The notes under the pieces were generated by a model, which saw only the letters and a program-made list of their open reading frames with translations, was not told where the DNA came from and did not search any database. A stretch of 64,000 nt of DNA from Micavibrio sp. (GTDB taxonomy: Bacteria; Patescibacteriota; Minisyncoccia; Moranbacterales; GCA-2747515): contig DYDB01000005.1 in assembly GCA_020718085.1 (NCBI GenBank), positions 4,109 through 68,108 of the forward strand. The letters run 5' to 3'. Position 1 is the stretch's first letter, and each line of letters starts with the position of its first letter. The translations under genes were made by a program, and so were the position numbers. Below are positions 1-8,798 of this stretch, one piece after another.

Positions 1-1220
1 GGCACCGAGCTATTATCTTTATGATGAAATTGATCATAGTCATATCTGGCAAGACTGTGATCAGCTGTAAGAAAAATATACTCCGATTTTTCAATAAAAT
101 GTCTTAATTTTTTCCCTCTCAATTTTCTTATTGCATAAATTGCGGCAATATCATGTCGCAACGAGGCTTGCGTCTTGTCTTTTTTGCCGTAGGTCATCAG
201 ACGACTTTCTTCATCAATTCCTATCAAAACATCATTCTCACTGAAAGCATAGTCAATATCAATACCCAGCGCATTTAACTTCTCATCTATTTTTTCAATC
301 TCCAAAAAGATACTTGACTTTGTATATCCTTTTCTACACAAAACCGAATACATGGAATTAACTTTAGTCTGAGAATTATAAATACCGTAGTCGCTTAAAA
401 AGCCTTTTAGTTTTCTAATAATCTCATCCTCTGTGAAAGAAAAAATTCTTAGGTCGCAGCCAAAATCTTTAAGTATCGCAAAAATCTCTTGTGCTGGTTT
501 GTTATAGAAATCTTCATGAAAGCCCAATACGCTAAAAACCATGTTTGTATCAAGATACACGACAAGTTTATTGAATTTTGCCTTTGATTCATACCCTCTA
601 ATTAGAAGGGATCTTGAAAGAATACTTCCGTATAAAATAGACTTTAATCTTTTGAAATTAACAGGATCTGATTTCTCAGCATGCATGAAGTACTTTGCAA
701 CTTCAACCTGTAATTCATCGTTTATGTCATTTTTTGATGCATTGTCGTCACCTTCCAGATACAAAATGGCATTATGAGAATTTTTTTCAATAAAAAAACT
801 TATAGCTTTTTCAATTTGATGAATATCGTGTTCCATCTCAAATTCATCATCAAATTGTTTTTTTATATTCATAATGAGAGCCTCTTTTTCTCTTTCGGCA
901 TCTCTAAACTTTTCACATATGGCAACCTTTTCTTTTCTGCCATCATCAAGTAATTTGATTGATTTTATTGAGCTATTACGAATGTCATCAAGATAGACAA
1001 GATGCCTCTTGTGAAGTCGTTTTATTATTGTTCTAACAATATCTTCAGGCACATCAAAGCCTATTTCATCATGAATGATTTTTTGCACATCACAAATAGA
1101 TACCGCAGTATTATCAGATAAATGCTTTAATACTAGACTAGAAAAGACACTGATGACATCATTGCCATTATCATAAAATGATCTTATGGCGGCTAGTGTT
1201 GTGATTTTATTATTAGACAT
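1..1220 (-). CDS. Hypothetical protein, partial. The ATG is at 1218-1220 and the ORF runs open to the window edge (more than 406 aa). The N-terminal region shows no recognisable family. An internal 'KLVVYLDTNMVFSVLGF' segment resembles the first strand and Asp motif of PIN-like nucleases.
   Basis: Manual reverse-complement translation gave MSNNKITTLAAIRSF...LVVYLDTNMVF...LTADHSLARYD with no stop before position 1. The frame is consistent between 1220 and 540. The gene is absent from the ORF track only because its stop lies outside the window. Confidence 0.5.
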   Translation of the reverse strand, partial: MSNNKITTLAAIRSFYDNGNDVISVFSSLVLKHLSDNTAVSICDVQKIIHDEIGFDVPEDIVRTIIKRLHKRHLVYLDDIRNSSIKSIKLLDDGRKEKVAICEKFRDAEREKEALIMNIKKQFDDEFEMEHDIHQIEKAISFFIEKNSHNAILYLEGDDNASKNDINDELQVEVAKYFMHAEKSDPVNFKRLKSILYGSILSRSLLIRGYESKAKFNKLVVYLDTNMVFSVLGFHEDFYNKPAQEIFAILKDFGCDLRIFSFTEDEIIRKLKGFLSDYGIYNSQTKVNSMYSVLCRKGYTKSSIFLEIEKIDEKLNALGIDIDYAFSENDVLIGIDEESRLMTYGKKDKTQASLRHDIAAIYAIRKLRGKKLRHFIEKSEYIFLTADHSLARYDYDQFHHKDNSSV

Positions 1221-1668
1221 AAAAACTTACCAACAAATTAAAACCTCAATATCCAATGATATGAACTAATCGTATACCTACACAATTAAGTTCTTTAGTA
1301 TATAATATCAAATATACACAAATATACTAATGCAATGAAAAAAACGTCACAGAAGCGCAAAATAAGCGTTTCAGGAGTCAATGAGAGGATGATTGGCAAA
1401 ATTAGAAATGTTTCTGAGCAATACGGGATCAGTAAGCCAGAATTCACCATACATACTCCGAGTCCGGATGGCAAAATTCACTATAACTTCTTTTACTCAG
1501 CCAAAATGCCACCAATAGACTTCGGACCAAACAAACAGTCACTTGAAGTTGAAGTCTCTTCTGCTGAACAAGATAACGATAATTTATTGCATTTGTTATT
1601 ATCCTAAAAAACTCTTTCGATATGCAACAAAAAGAGGCTCGTTTAAAGCCTCTTTTTTCAAGCATTTC

Positions 1669-2862
1669 TTATAGTTTACGTTCTAGCACATCAATTCTGA
1701 CGATATTACTACACAGTTTCCACGCAGACTGATCTTTTCCTAGCTTTGTGGGATTATGTATCTCCTTTGCCCGCTCACCAATGGTTGCAGCCAGATCAGC
1801 AGATAGTGAACGAAATGTTTTAATTGGATCAGCTTTCCAAACTACCAAATTGCCTTCGACTTTAACCAAGTTACGAAATGCGGCTAAGACTGGATAAATG
1901 AACGCACTTGGAATCCTGTAATTTGCCTTGTCGGAAATAAAAATCATTTCCTCTCTATGCATTTTTGGTCGATTATTGATTTGAACAACTCCCGTTATGC
2001 CACCAAACTTACCATTCGTAGCTTTGTTATATGCATCAGGTAATTCCTTGTATATTACATCTCGCAATTCAAGTATTTTTGGGATTAGAGGAATAAATTT
2101 CTTCAACTCGGCGCGACGGTTCTTGAAGTGTTCTACGACACCTGATTTCTGGTTATATGCCATCACAGGATGTTTTTCATGATCAAAGTGATCAACATCA
2201 AAACATATCAAGTAAGACAAAATATCCTTAATGTCAACATCCTTCACCTCGCCTTTATCATCTAGCTCATATTCTTTGTATGCAATTCTGTTGGCATATG
2301 GCTTATCCTTAAGAACTTGTTTAATCTCTTCAAAGTGCTGCTTCAACTCTTCGAGACCAATAGCTTGAACTTGTGCGGATGTATTTCGTGCCAATACAAT
2401 CTCAACAGCAGTATCCAAGTCATCAATGCCCTCAATAATCTCCAAGCGAATACAAGCGTTTATATCATTCAACTCATCGGGATCTACGCTTCGAATGTAG
2501 TTTTGAATTACACGATATGTATGACCTCCATCAAGTAAGCCATGCCGTGTTTGGTCAGAAAAATATATGTCCAGCGTGTTAGTTTTGTTGTCGAACAATG
2601 CCTTTTCCACCAATAATGTTATACCTCGATTTCGGAAGAAAAATTGTTCTGGGTTATCCTCTAAAGATTTTTCAATCTTTTTGCTTACACCAGAAGTAAC
2701 CTTTGGATCTCTAGGATTTATTTTCCTCCACTCCTCAATTTCGATTGGCAAACTTTTTACCTCAGCAACTGCAATGTACGATCGAGCCACTGATTCATCG
2801 AAAGGACTTTCAATGCGTCGAAATGATTCAACTGGAATTTTAATTACCGTGCTTTTTTGCAT
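1669..2862 (-). CDS. AIPR-like (abortive infection phage resistance) family protein, tentative
   Basis: The 397-aa ORF contains the motifs 'FFFRNRGITLLV' and 'GLLDGGHTYRVIQ'. These resemble the N-terminal NxGITI and NGxQT signatures I associate with Pfam AIPR. The gene sits on a tRNA-flanked island next to a serine recombinase. Confidence 0.5.
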   Translation of the reverse strand: MQKSTVIKIPVESFRRIESPFDESVARSYIAVAEVKSLPIEIEEWRKINPRDPKVTSGVSKKIEKSLEDNPEQFFFRNRGITLLVEKALFDNKTNTLDIYFSDQTRHGLLDGGHTYRVIQNYIRSVDPDELNDINACIRLEIIEGIDDLDTAVEIVLARNTSAQVQAIGLEELKQHFEEIKQVLKDKPYANRIAYKEYELDDKGEVKDVDIKDILSYLICFDVDHFDHEKHPVMAYNQKSGVVEHFKNRRAELKKFIPLIPKILELRDVIYKELPDAYNKATNGKFGGITGVVQINNRPKMHREEMIFISDKANYRIPSAFIYPVLAAFRNLVKVEGNLVVWKADPIKTFRSLSADLAATIGERAKEIHNPTKLGKDQSAWKLCSNIVRIDVLERKL

Positions 2863-3049
2863 ATATTTATGCTTAATTTAATTAACGGGGCACAAAAAAA
2901 ACGTGCCCAATCCGCACGTTTAGTAATAAATCTATGAATATATATCATTAGGTCATTGACTAAATGTTTGCTGAGATCACTCTACAGCCTCTGCAGTTTT
3001 CACTACCAGAGTCAGTGTGCGGAGCACCACTGATTGACATAATCTTATC

Positions 3050-3540
3050 ACGAGTTTTTCACTTTGTCAAATTTGTTATCTTTACAAACTTTTCTAATTA
3101 TAGAAATATCAACCATTAGCAACCCTTTCATTTCAATATATCGAACTAAAAATGACACTTTTTTGCCATACTATACTGCAACCATTTGCAACCATGTCAA
3201 AAATGATCACAATACTCGAATCACCCTTTATTTTTCAGCAAAACTCAATTTCTGACACTCACCATTACTCACCATCTGATTGCATATTTTTTCAAAGAAA
3301 AAACCATGCTTTTTTCTTATTTTTATATATTCTACATTCCCACCATTATCCACCATTTGTTGTTGATTTAGTGGGATTGAAAATACTCTTTTTTTCTTTT
3401 ATTTTCAAGCAAAAAAGTTGTTTTTTGACTGTTCTCTATATCCACCATTTTCCACCATTATATTTTCACCATTTAGGATCAAAAATGATCCGCAAAACTA
3501 ACAAAAGATGCGTCTTATCAGGGTGGTTTTTGCACACGCT
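3050..3540. repeat. Array of about 10 degenerate direct repeats with core (C/T)CACCATT, e.g. 'tcccaccattatccaccattt' and 'tccaccattttccaccattatattttcaccattt'. It occupies a roughly 500 bp non-coding gap upstream of the AIPR-like gene.
   Basis: Read directly in the sequence at 3107, 3181, 3252, 3336 and 3440-3475. The overlapping + ORF 3152..3670 is His/Pro-rich low complexity generated by the repeat. Confidence 0.6.
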
Positions 3541-3542
3541 AA

Positions 3543-4034
3543 TCAACTCCCGCATTTTTGCAAATATGCCTTATATTCAGTCGCATAAGAATCAGCGTAA
3601 TCTTTTTCTTCTTCGTATGTGTCATCACAATCAGCCCCGCTTACATTCATTTTTTTTAGCTTCTTCTTAGCTTCTTCACACTTTTCTTTAGCCTCATCTG
3701 GACGCTTCATAATATCGTCATATTTTTCCTTGGTATATTTAGCTTTGTTTGTTTCACAGTATGCAATATCAGCAACCTGTTCCTCACTGAGTGAGTTACT
3801 AGCATTCTCTGAAGTATTTTTTATATCTTCAATTTCACCACTTTGAGTGCTCACAATTTCTTCTTGCTTACTAATTTTTTCTTGCTGTTCTCTTACTTGG
3901 TTGTTTAATCTTTCAACCTCCTGAGACAATTCTTCATTCTTTGTAGCAACAGCTTGATTTGATCTGTAGGAATAAAATCCCATAGAAGAGAGCAGGCTAA
4001 TAAAAATGACTGTGAGTATTGCAATGGCTTTCAT
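3543..4034 (-). CDS. Hypothetical secreted or membrane-anchored coiled-coil protein
   Basis: 163-aa ORF with an N-terminal hydrophobic segment (MKAIAILTVIFISLLSS), a Glu/Lys-rich coiled-coil body and paired Cys residues at the C-terminus. Confidence 0.45.
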   Translation of the reverse strand: MKAIAILTVIFISLLSSMGFYSYRSNQAVATKNEELSQEVERLNNQVREQQEKISKQEEIVSTQSGEIEDIKNTSENASNSLSEEQVADIAYCETNKAKYTKEKYDDIMKRPDEAKEKCEEAKKKLKKMNVSGADCDDTYEEEKDYADSYATEYKAYLQKCGS

Positions 4035-4123
4035 AAAATCTAAACTAATGATTATGCTATAAGTATTATTCGATGTGTAATAACGTTTAATTTTTGCATC
4101 ATAGCTTCAAACTGTTTAGTATA

Positions 4124-4690
4124 TTAGCTTTTATTAAAAATTGGATCTGACATAAATGGTCTTGCGCTAGTAAAAAATGCAACGCCATCTGGTAGATAAT
4201 AATCATACACTTGAGGTTTTGCCGTTCGATAATCAGACGAATTTTCCATGTTTTCACGATATATCATCTCGATCAACTTTCCCTCTGTTTTAGAGAAAAT
4301 AACAACTTCTCCTCTATTCAATAAGTTGGCGAAGTGATCCTGATATACCCCCATAAAAAAGCATTCACCATCTTCAAAATCTGCCATTATTTCATTCTTC
4401 GTAGTAATTGAAAGATGCGGATCATCTACATGCTTAAAATAAAAAGCAGCAAAGACATTTTCATCATTAAAGTAAGCGTTACATGTCCCAAGATCGTTTT
4501 TTAGTTTTATTTGCGTCGCTGTTTTTGAATTTCTCCCCATAGAAGAATTACGACGACTCTGAACGCTCATCGAAAAATCATCTGTTTTTTCATCGTGAGA
4601 GTTTTCATCTTTTTCTTTTTGTCGAGCAATTATATATCCAGTCACAAATGAAAGTATTAAGCTTCCCATAATCGCCAATATCTTCAACAT
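4124..4690 (-). CDS. Hypothetical membrane-anchored protein
   Basis: 188-aa ORF with an N-terminal TM helix (ILAIMGSLILSFVTGYIIA). No recognisable family. Confidence 0.45.
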   Translation of the reverse strand: MLKILAIMGSLILSFVTGYIIARQKEKDENSHDEKTDDFSMSVQSRRNSSMGRNSKTATQIKLKNDLGTCNAYFNDENVFAAFYFKHVDDPHLSITTKNEIMADFEDGECFFMGVYQDHFANLLNRGEVVIFSKTEGKLIEMIYRENMENSSDYRTAKPQVYDYYLPDGVAFFTSARPFMSDPIFNKS

Positions 4691-4747
4691 ATATGCTTAT
4701 TTTAGCTTTTATTACATTGGTTTATTGTCATACACGTATGTTGCGTA

Positions 4748-4948
4748 TCAGATATTTTTAACTTTATTTTTTAAATTTTCAAAATCGTTTCTCAGTTTCC
4801 GGTTTTTTTCTTTTAATCGTTCAATATCTTCAAAAGCACGTCGTATTTTGATCCTTACACCTCCAAGCCACATCAATCCTCCTAACAGAGCAAGAGCTAA
4901 TATCGCCCACAATACATTACCTAAAATGAACTTTATGACCATTTCCAT
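4748..4948 (-). CDS. Small membrane protein (66 aa), hypothetical
   Basis: One TM helix (LWAILALALLGGLMWLGG) followed by a charged coiled-coil tail. Confidence 0.35.
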   Translation of the reverse strand: MEMVIKFILGNVLWAILALALLGGLMWLGGVRIKIRRAFEDIERLKEKNRKLRNDFENLKNKVKNI

Positions 4949-4962
4949 ACAAAAAACGACTT

Positions 4963-4990
4963 AATAAATTAAGTCGTCGGGAAGATTTCG
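4963..4990 (-). terminator. Intrinsic terminator reading on the minus strand. A perfect 9-bp stem (cgacttaat / attaagtcg) is followed on the minus strand by a T-run.
   Basis: Plus-strand sequence is 'aaaaaacgacttaataaattaagtcgtcggg'. An A-run precedes it on plus, which is a T-run after it on minus. This implies a minus-strand transcript originating in 5000-5200. Confidence 0.45.
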
Positions 4991-5287
4991 CTTGAGTGGA
5001 CGACCCGACGGGACTCACACTCAAAAAGCATTAAATGCTCCATCATGTGCATCGAGCCGCCCGCTAAAGGGCGTGATGGAGCCTTAAAAATCCGGATTAA
5101 ATCCGGTGCCTATTGAGTATGAGTCCACATATAACGTAACATTTATTACATCAAAATACAACTTTTTGCGCCCGCCACATCCTTCTTATTTCTAAATAAT
5201 TAAAACATTGTTACAATGTACTCATGCAATCGCCAATCTTGCATATATATCTATATACTTATAGTTCGTACCCCTCTCCCTCTAATT

Positions 5288-7057
5288 ATGGATGATATAA
5301 AAAATCGCCAAAGGCCACTAAAAGTTGCCTTGTACATCCGCGTATCTACGGAAGAACAAGCTGAAAAATACGGACCAGAGCTTCAAAAAGATGCCCTGAA
5401 CGGCCTTATTAAGTCCAAAGGGCTTCTCCTGAACGGTAAACCATCGTACGTTTTAGCTGGTGAAAAATATATTTACTCTGATAGAGGCGTTAGTGGCACT
5501 ACGCTTCTTGATGAACGTCCGGAGTTTGCTCGTATGAAAGAGGACGTCTTATTGTCTTCTGAAGATAATAGGCCTTTTGATATTGTCGCCGTATATAAAA
5601 TTGATCGATTTGCTAGAAAACTTACTATACTTCTTGATATCATTGATTTTTTTGAAAGCTACAACATTGGATTTGTCTCTGCCACAGAGAGCATAGATAC
5701 ATCCACACCTTTCGGACGCGCGATATTGAATATCATTGGCGTTATTGCAGAATTGGAAAGAGAAACAATCAAACAACGCACCCAAGCCGGTCGCGAACAA
5801 GCTGCCAAAAGAGGTGTTCTTATGGGCTCATTTTCAGCATATGGTTATGTAAAAAACAATGAGAAGTTCCCTATAATCTTTGAAGAAGAAGCAAAAATCG
5901 TACGTGAAATTTTTGATCTTTTTGTGAATCAAAAGAGATCCGCATATGAAATTGCACAACAGCTTACCTCTAACAAAATACTTTCCAAAGAAGCATCCGC
6001 CGTACAGCATGAAAAGAAAAAAGGTGATATAAAAAAGAAAACCAACATCTTCTTTTGGCGCGATGAAGCAGTGCGCAACATTCTTCGAGATGAAATATAT
6101 ATCGGAAAACTCTATTACAACAAAGGCACGAGAGGTAAAATTGCACCGAAAGAACAATGGAAACTTGCTGAATATGAAGTGCCCCCGATTATTGATGAGC
6201 TTACATTTGAAAAAGCTCAGAGCCTCTTGGAAACATCAAAACATGAGAAAAAACATACGAGAAGTAATCATACATACCTTCTCAGTGGCCTTTTGCGTTG
6301 TGATTCATGTTTTGATGAGTCACAGGATGTGCGAGGTCGCACTCATTGGAACGGTGATCGAAAGAAAGTCAAAAAATCTGGCAGATTTACTTATTCCTAC
6401 AAGTGTGGTCGCAAAAATCCTTCAAAACATGAAAAAAGATGTCACACAATCCCTCTTCCTGCCCATGAAATCGAAAAGTATATCATCGATTTTTGCAAAA
6501 AACTTATTAAAAATCCTGTTGCCGTCTACAATCACCAAATTAAATTACGCTCATCCAAAACGGCAATCAAACATCTTAAAAACAAGGAGGATGAGATCCG
6601 TAAGGCGCTTAGAGCTCTTCCAATCCAAAAAGAACGCCTTTTAGAACAACACCAACATGGCTATATGGATAGCAAAACGCTGGATAAGCGCATCAGGGAT
6701 ATACATACACGCGAATCTGAGTTGAAAAAAAGACAGAATGAGCTTAAAAAGGAGATCTCCCAAAATATACTATCCGAAGAATACAATAAAACTCTACAAT
6801 TATTCTCTGAAAAATATAAGAATGACATTGAAAAAATACTCGTTGATCGATCAAAAACCTATGAATTGGTCCACCTTCTCATTGAAGAAATTATTGTATA
6901 TTCACGCCCAGTGAAAGATACTGACAAAATCGCCGGAATACGAAAAAAGGATCAAAAGATCCCTTTCCGTATTCATATTAAGTTGAAGTTACCCCAAGAG
7001 ATTCTACAGGACCTTACGGACCAGTTCGGGGTAAAAAATACTCCTTTGAGCGGGTGA
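5288..7057 (+). CDS. Large serine recombinase (integrase)
   Basis: The N-terminus 'LKVALYIRVSTEEQ' is the catalytic-serine resolvase/invertase motif. A roughly 590-aa body with Cys pairs (CDSC...CGRK..C) matches the recombinase and zinc-ribbon domains of large serine recombinases. The ORF-track start at 5216 is probably an upstream extension; the likely start is MDDIKNRQ at 5288. The stop at 7055-7057 overlaps the 3' end of tRNA-Gly. Confidence 0.85.
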   Translation: MDDIKNRQRPLKVALYIRVSTEEQAEKYGPELQKDALNGLIKSKGLLLNGKPSYVLAGEKYIYSDRGVSGTTLLDERPEFARMKEDVLLSSEDNRPFDIVAVYKIDRFARKLTILLDIIDFFESYNIGFVSATESIDTSTPFGRAILNIIGVIAELERETIKQRTQAGREQAAKRGVLMGSFSAYGYVKNNEKFPIIFEEEAKIVREIFDLFVNQKRSAYEIAQQLTSNKILSKEASAVQHEKKKGDIKKKTNIFFWRDEAVRNILRDEIYIGKLYYNKGTRGKIAPKEQWKLAEYEVPPIIDELTFEKAQSLLETSKHEKKHTRSNHTYLLSGLLRCDSCFDESQDVRGRTHWNGDRKKVKKSGRFTYSYKCGRKNPSKHEKRCHTIPLPAHEIEKYIIDFCKKLIKNPVAVYNHQIKLRSSKTAIKHLKNKEDEIRKALRALPIQKERLLEQHQHGYMDSKTLDKRIRDIHTRESELKKRQNELKKEISQNILSEEYNKTLQLFSEKYKNDIEKILVDRSKTYELVHLLIEEIIVYSRPVKDTDKIAGIRKKDQKIPFRIHIKLKLPQEILQDLTDQFGVKNTPLSG

Positions 7058-7121
7058 AGGGAATCGAACCCTCGTCCTCAGCTTGGAAGGCTGATATAAT
7101 AAGCCACTATACGACACCCGC
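7049..7121 (-). tRNA. tRNA-Gly (anticodon TCC)
   Basis: Reverse complement is GCGGGTGTCGTATAGTGGCTTATTATATCAGCCTTCCAAGCTGAGGACGAGGGTTCGATTCCCTTCACCCGCT. The acceptor stem is GCGGGTG/CACCCGC. The anticodon stem is TCAGC/GCTGA with loop cTTCCaa. The T-loop is GGTTCGATTCC. CCA is not encoded. Confidence 0.85.
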
Positions 7122-7137
7122 TTGTAGTGCATGAGCA

Positions 7138-7842
7138 CTATCCAAAATTGTCAAAAATGATCTTTTCTTTCGGTACGTTCAGTTCTGTTAACACACCTTG
7201 CATCGCCGTGATAAACTCGCCCGTACCTACAACATAGTACATCTGATTTGTGATATCGTCAACATTTCTTGTGATCATTTCCGCATCAATCCGCCCTTTT
7301 TCTCCACTCCATTCACCCTCTTCACGTGTTAATGTATAAACTGTCTTATAGTGATCTAAAGAAATTTTTTCCAAATCTTCCCTCAAGGCAATATCGGCTC
7401 GTGTTTTATTGGAATAGATCACAATAATTGGACGAAATGATCTAATGTGTTCTTCTTGCTTAAGCATGGAGCGCACAGGTGTGATGCCCACGCCTGCAAT
7501 GATAAACGTGACCGGTTGATGTAAATTTTCTGGAATTGCCACATGTCCCAATGGACATTTGATCAATAATTCATCTCCCACCTGCATCGCACGCATGTTC
7601 TTTTTGAACGCGCTATCACTATCACGCATCACAAACATCAATCGATCTTCGCATGGCGCTGATGCAATTGACATTGCCCGCATACTGGGTTTTTCGTCAC
7701 GATTAACCGGACTCGTAAAATCCAAGAAGGCGTATTGACCGGCGATGAAGTCAAAATTATCCGGTTTTTCAAAAAAATATTGATATGTTTGCGGGGCAAT
7801 TTCATTACGCTCCAAAAGCGTAGATAGAGATTGGGTAATCAT
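7138..7842 (-). CDS. Ferredoxin-NADP reductase-like FAD/NAD(P)-binding oxidoreductase
   Basis: 'RAMSIAS' matches the RxYS FAD-binding motif. 'TFIIAGVGITP' is a GxGxxP NAD(P)-binding motif. The size is 234 aa. Confidence 0.65.
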   Translation of the reverse strand: MITQSLSTLLERNEIAPQTYQYFFEKPDNFDFIAGQYAFLDFTSPVNRDEKPSMRAMSIASAPCEDRLMFVMRDSDSAFKKNMRAMQVGDELLIKCPLGHVAIPENLHQPVTFIIAGVGITPVRSMLKQEEHIRSFRPIIVIYSNKTRADIALREDLEKISLDHYKTVYTLTREEGEWSGEKGRIDAEMITRNVDDITNQMYYVVGTGEFITAMQGVLTELNVPKEKIIFDNFG

Positions 7843-7953
7843 TTTTTTATGTTAGTGAATAAATCAAGACATTTACTATCATAATGAATTTTTGCCACTT
7901 GCGCAATTCGCTTGATGTGCGTACACTAAATTCGTATCGATTTTTACAATCTT

Positions 7954-8709
7954 ATGGAAAAACATCATTTACATCATCACACAACTCATTGGAATTCATT
8001 TTGGTTTGGTTTTATGGTGGCGCTTGCAACCGTATTAGCCTGTCTTCTCATTCTTACGATCACAGAGCACATCTCATTTGATGTGGAAAAAGATCCATCT
8101 TATAAAAAAGCGGAAAAAACGATCTCTGATGAAAATACGGACTCCACACAGTCTCTTACGCAAGTTGTGACAGAACTTGGACTTGACGCCACAGAAATTC
8201 ATAATTGTGTCCTCAGCAAAACATATGCGGAAAAAGTGCAAAGCGATAATGATAGTGGCACAAACGCCGGTGTTAAAGGAACGCCACATAGCTTTGTATT
8301 GATCGATAATGCACTATATGAAATTCCCGGCAATTACGAGGAGGATGGCATTCGAGAGTTTTTTGATGACCTTCTTGCAGACAAAAAACCAAAAGCAAAA
8401 GACATCAGTAACAAAACAGATCTTGCACCAGTCACGAAAAATGACTGGAAACGCGGCAAAGATAATGCGCGTATCACCGTAATAATCTACTCTGACATGG
8501 ATTGCCCTCACTGCAAAACATTTCATACAACCGTTTCCAATATGATGCCAGACTATACTGATACTGTTCGTTGGGTTTTTCGACATATGCCCGTTGACAC
8601 GCTGCACCCGAATGCGCGCGAAAAAGCAGAGACTGCTGAATGTGTTGGTAAAATTGGTGATTCAGAAAAATTTTGGGCATTTCTTGATAAAATGTACGCA
8701 CAAAAATAA
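7954..8709 (+). CDS. DsbA-like thiol:disulfide oxidoreductase (thioredoxin fold), membrane-anchored
   Basis: 'DMDCPHCKTFH' contains a CxxC active site. There is an N-terminal TM helix. The fold resembles DsbA/BdbD. Confidence 0.7.
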   Translation: MEKHHLHHHTTHWNSFWFGFMVALATVLACLLILTITEHISFDVEKDPSYKKAEKTISDENTDSTQSLTQVVTELGLDATEIHNCVLSKTYAEKVQSDNDSGTNAGVKGTPHSFVLIDNALYEIPGNYEEDGIREFFDDLLADKKPKAKDISNKTDLAPVTKNDWKRGKDNARITVIIYSDMDCPHCKTFHTTVSNMMPDYTDTVRWVFRHMPVDTLHPNAREKAETAECVGKIGDSEKFWAFLDKMYAQK

Positions 8710-8798
8710 TCTGCCAAAAATATTTGGGATGAGGTTTTTGCTTTACAAAAGCGGATTTTGATGCTATTATCACAAATAATCGTATCAGAATCACTTTT

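Larger units (their letters stand above)
1..7121. mobile_element. Putative integrated element or genomic island inserted at the 3' end of tRNA-Gly. The serine integrase lies next to the tRNA. The cargo comprises the AIPR-like gene, the PIN-like gene, the repeat array and small membrane proteins. The left boundary lies outside the window.
   Basis: The integrase stop overlaps the tRNA 3' end. The cargo is of accessory type, whereas housekeeping genes lie to the right of the tRNA. No second att repeat was found inside the window. Confidence 0.4.

Noticed and set aside
1335-1665. Two small ORFs (90 aa +, 73 aa -) in the gap between the AIPR-like and PIN-like genes
   Set aside because: Mutually overlapping, with no RBS and no motif. 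Could be non-coding. Left unannotated.
3152-3670. 172-aa plus-strand ORF spanning the CCACCATT repeat array
   Set aside because: The translation is dominated by His/Pro/Phe repeats generated by the DNA repeat (HHYPP, HHFPP). There is no RBS. Interpreted as a non-coding repeat region.
4991-5130. Possible SRP RNA, tmRNA or tRNA in the GC-rich segment
   Set aside because: No SRP domain-IV GGAA-loop consensus. No tRNA-like T-arm or acceptor. Too short for tmRNA or RNase P. Kept only as an unclassified structured element.
5216-5287. N-terminal 24 codons of the recombinase ORF as given by the track (MYSCNRQSCIYIYI...)
   Set aside because: Low-complexity extension. The conserved serine-recombinase N-terminus begins at MDDIKNRQ (5288).
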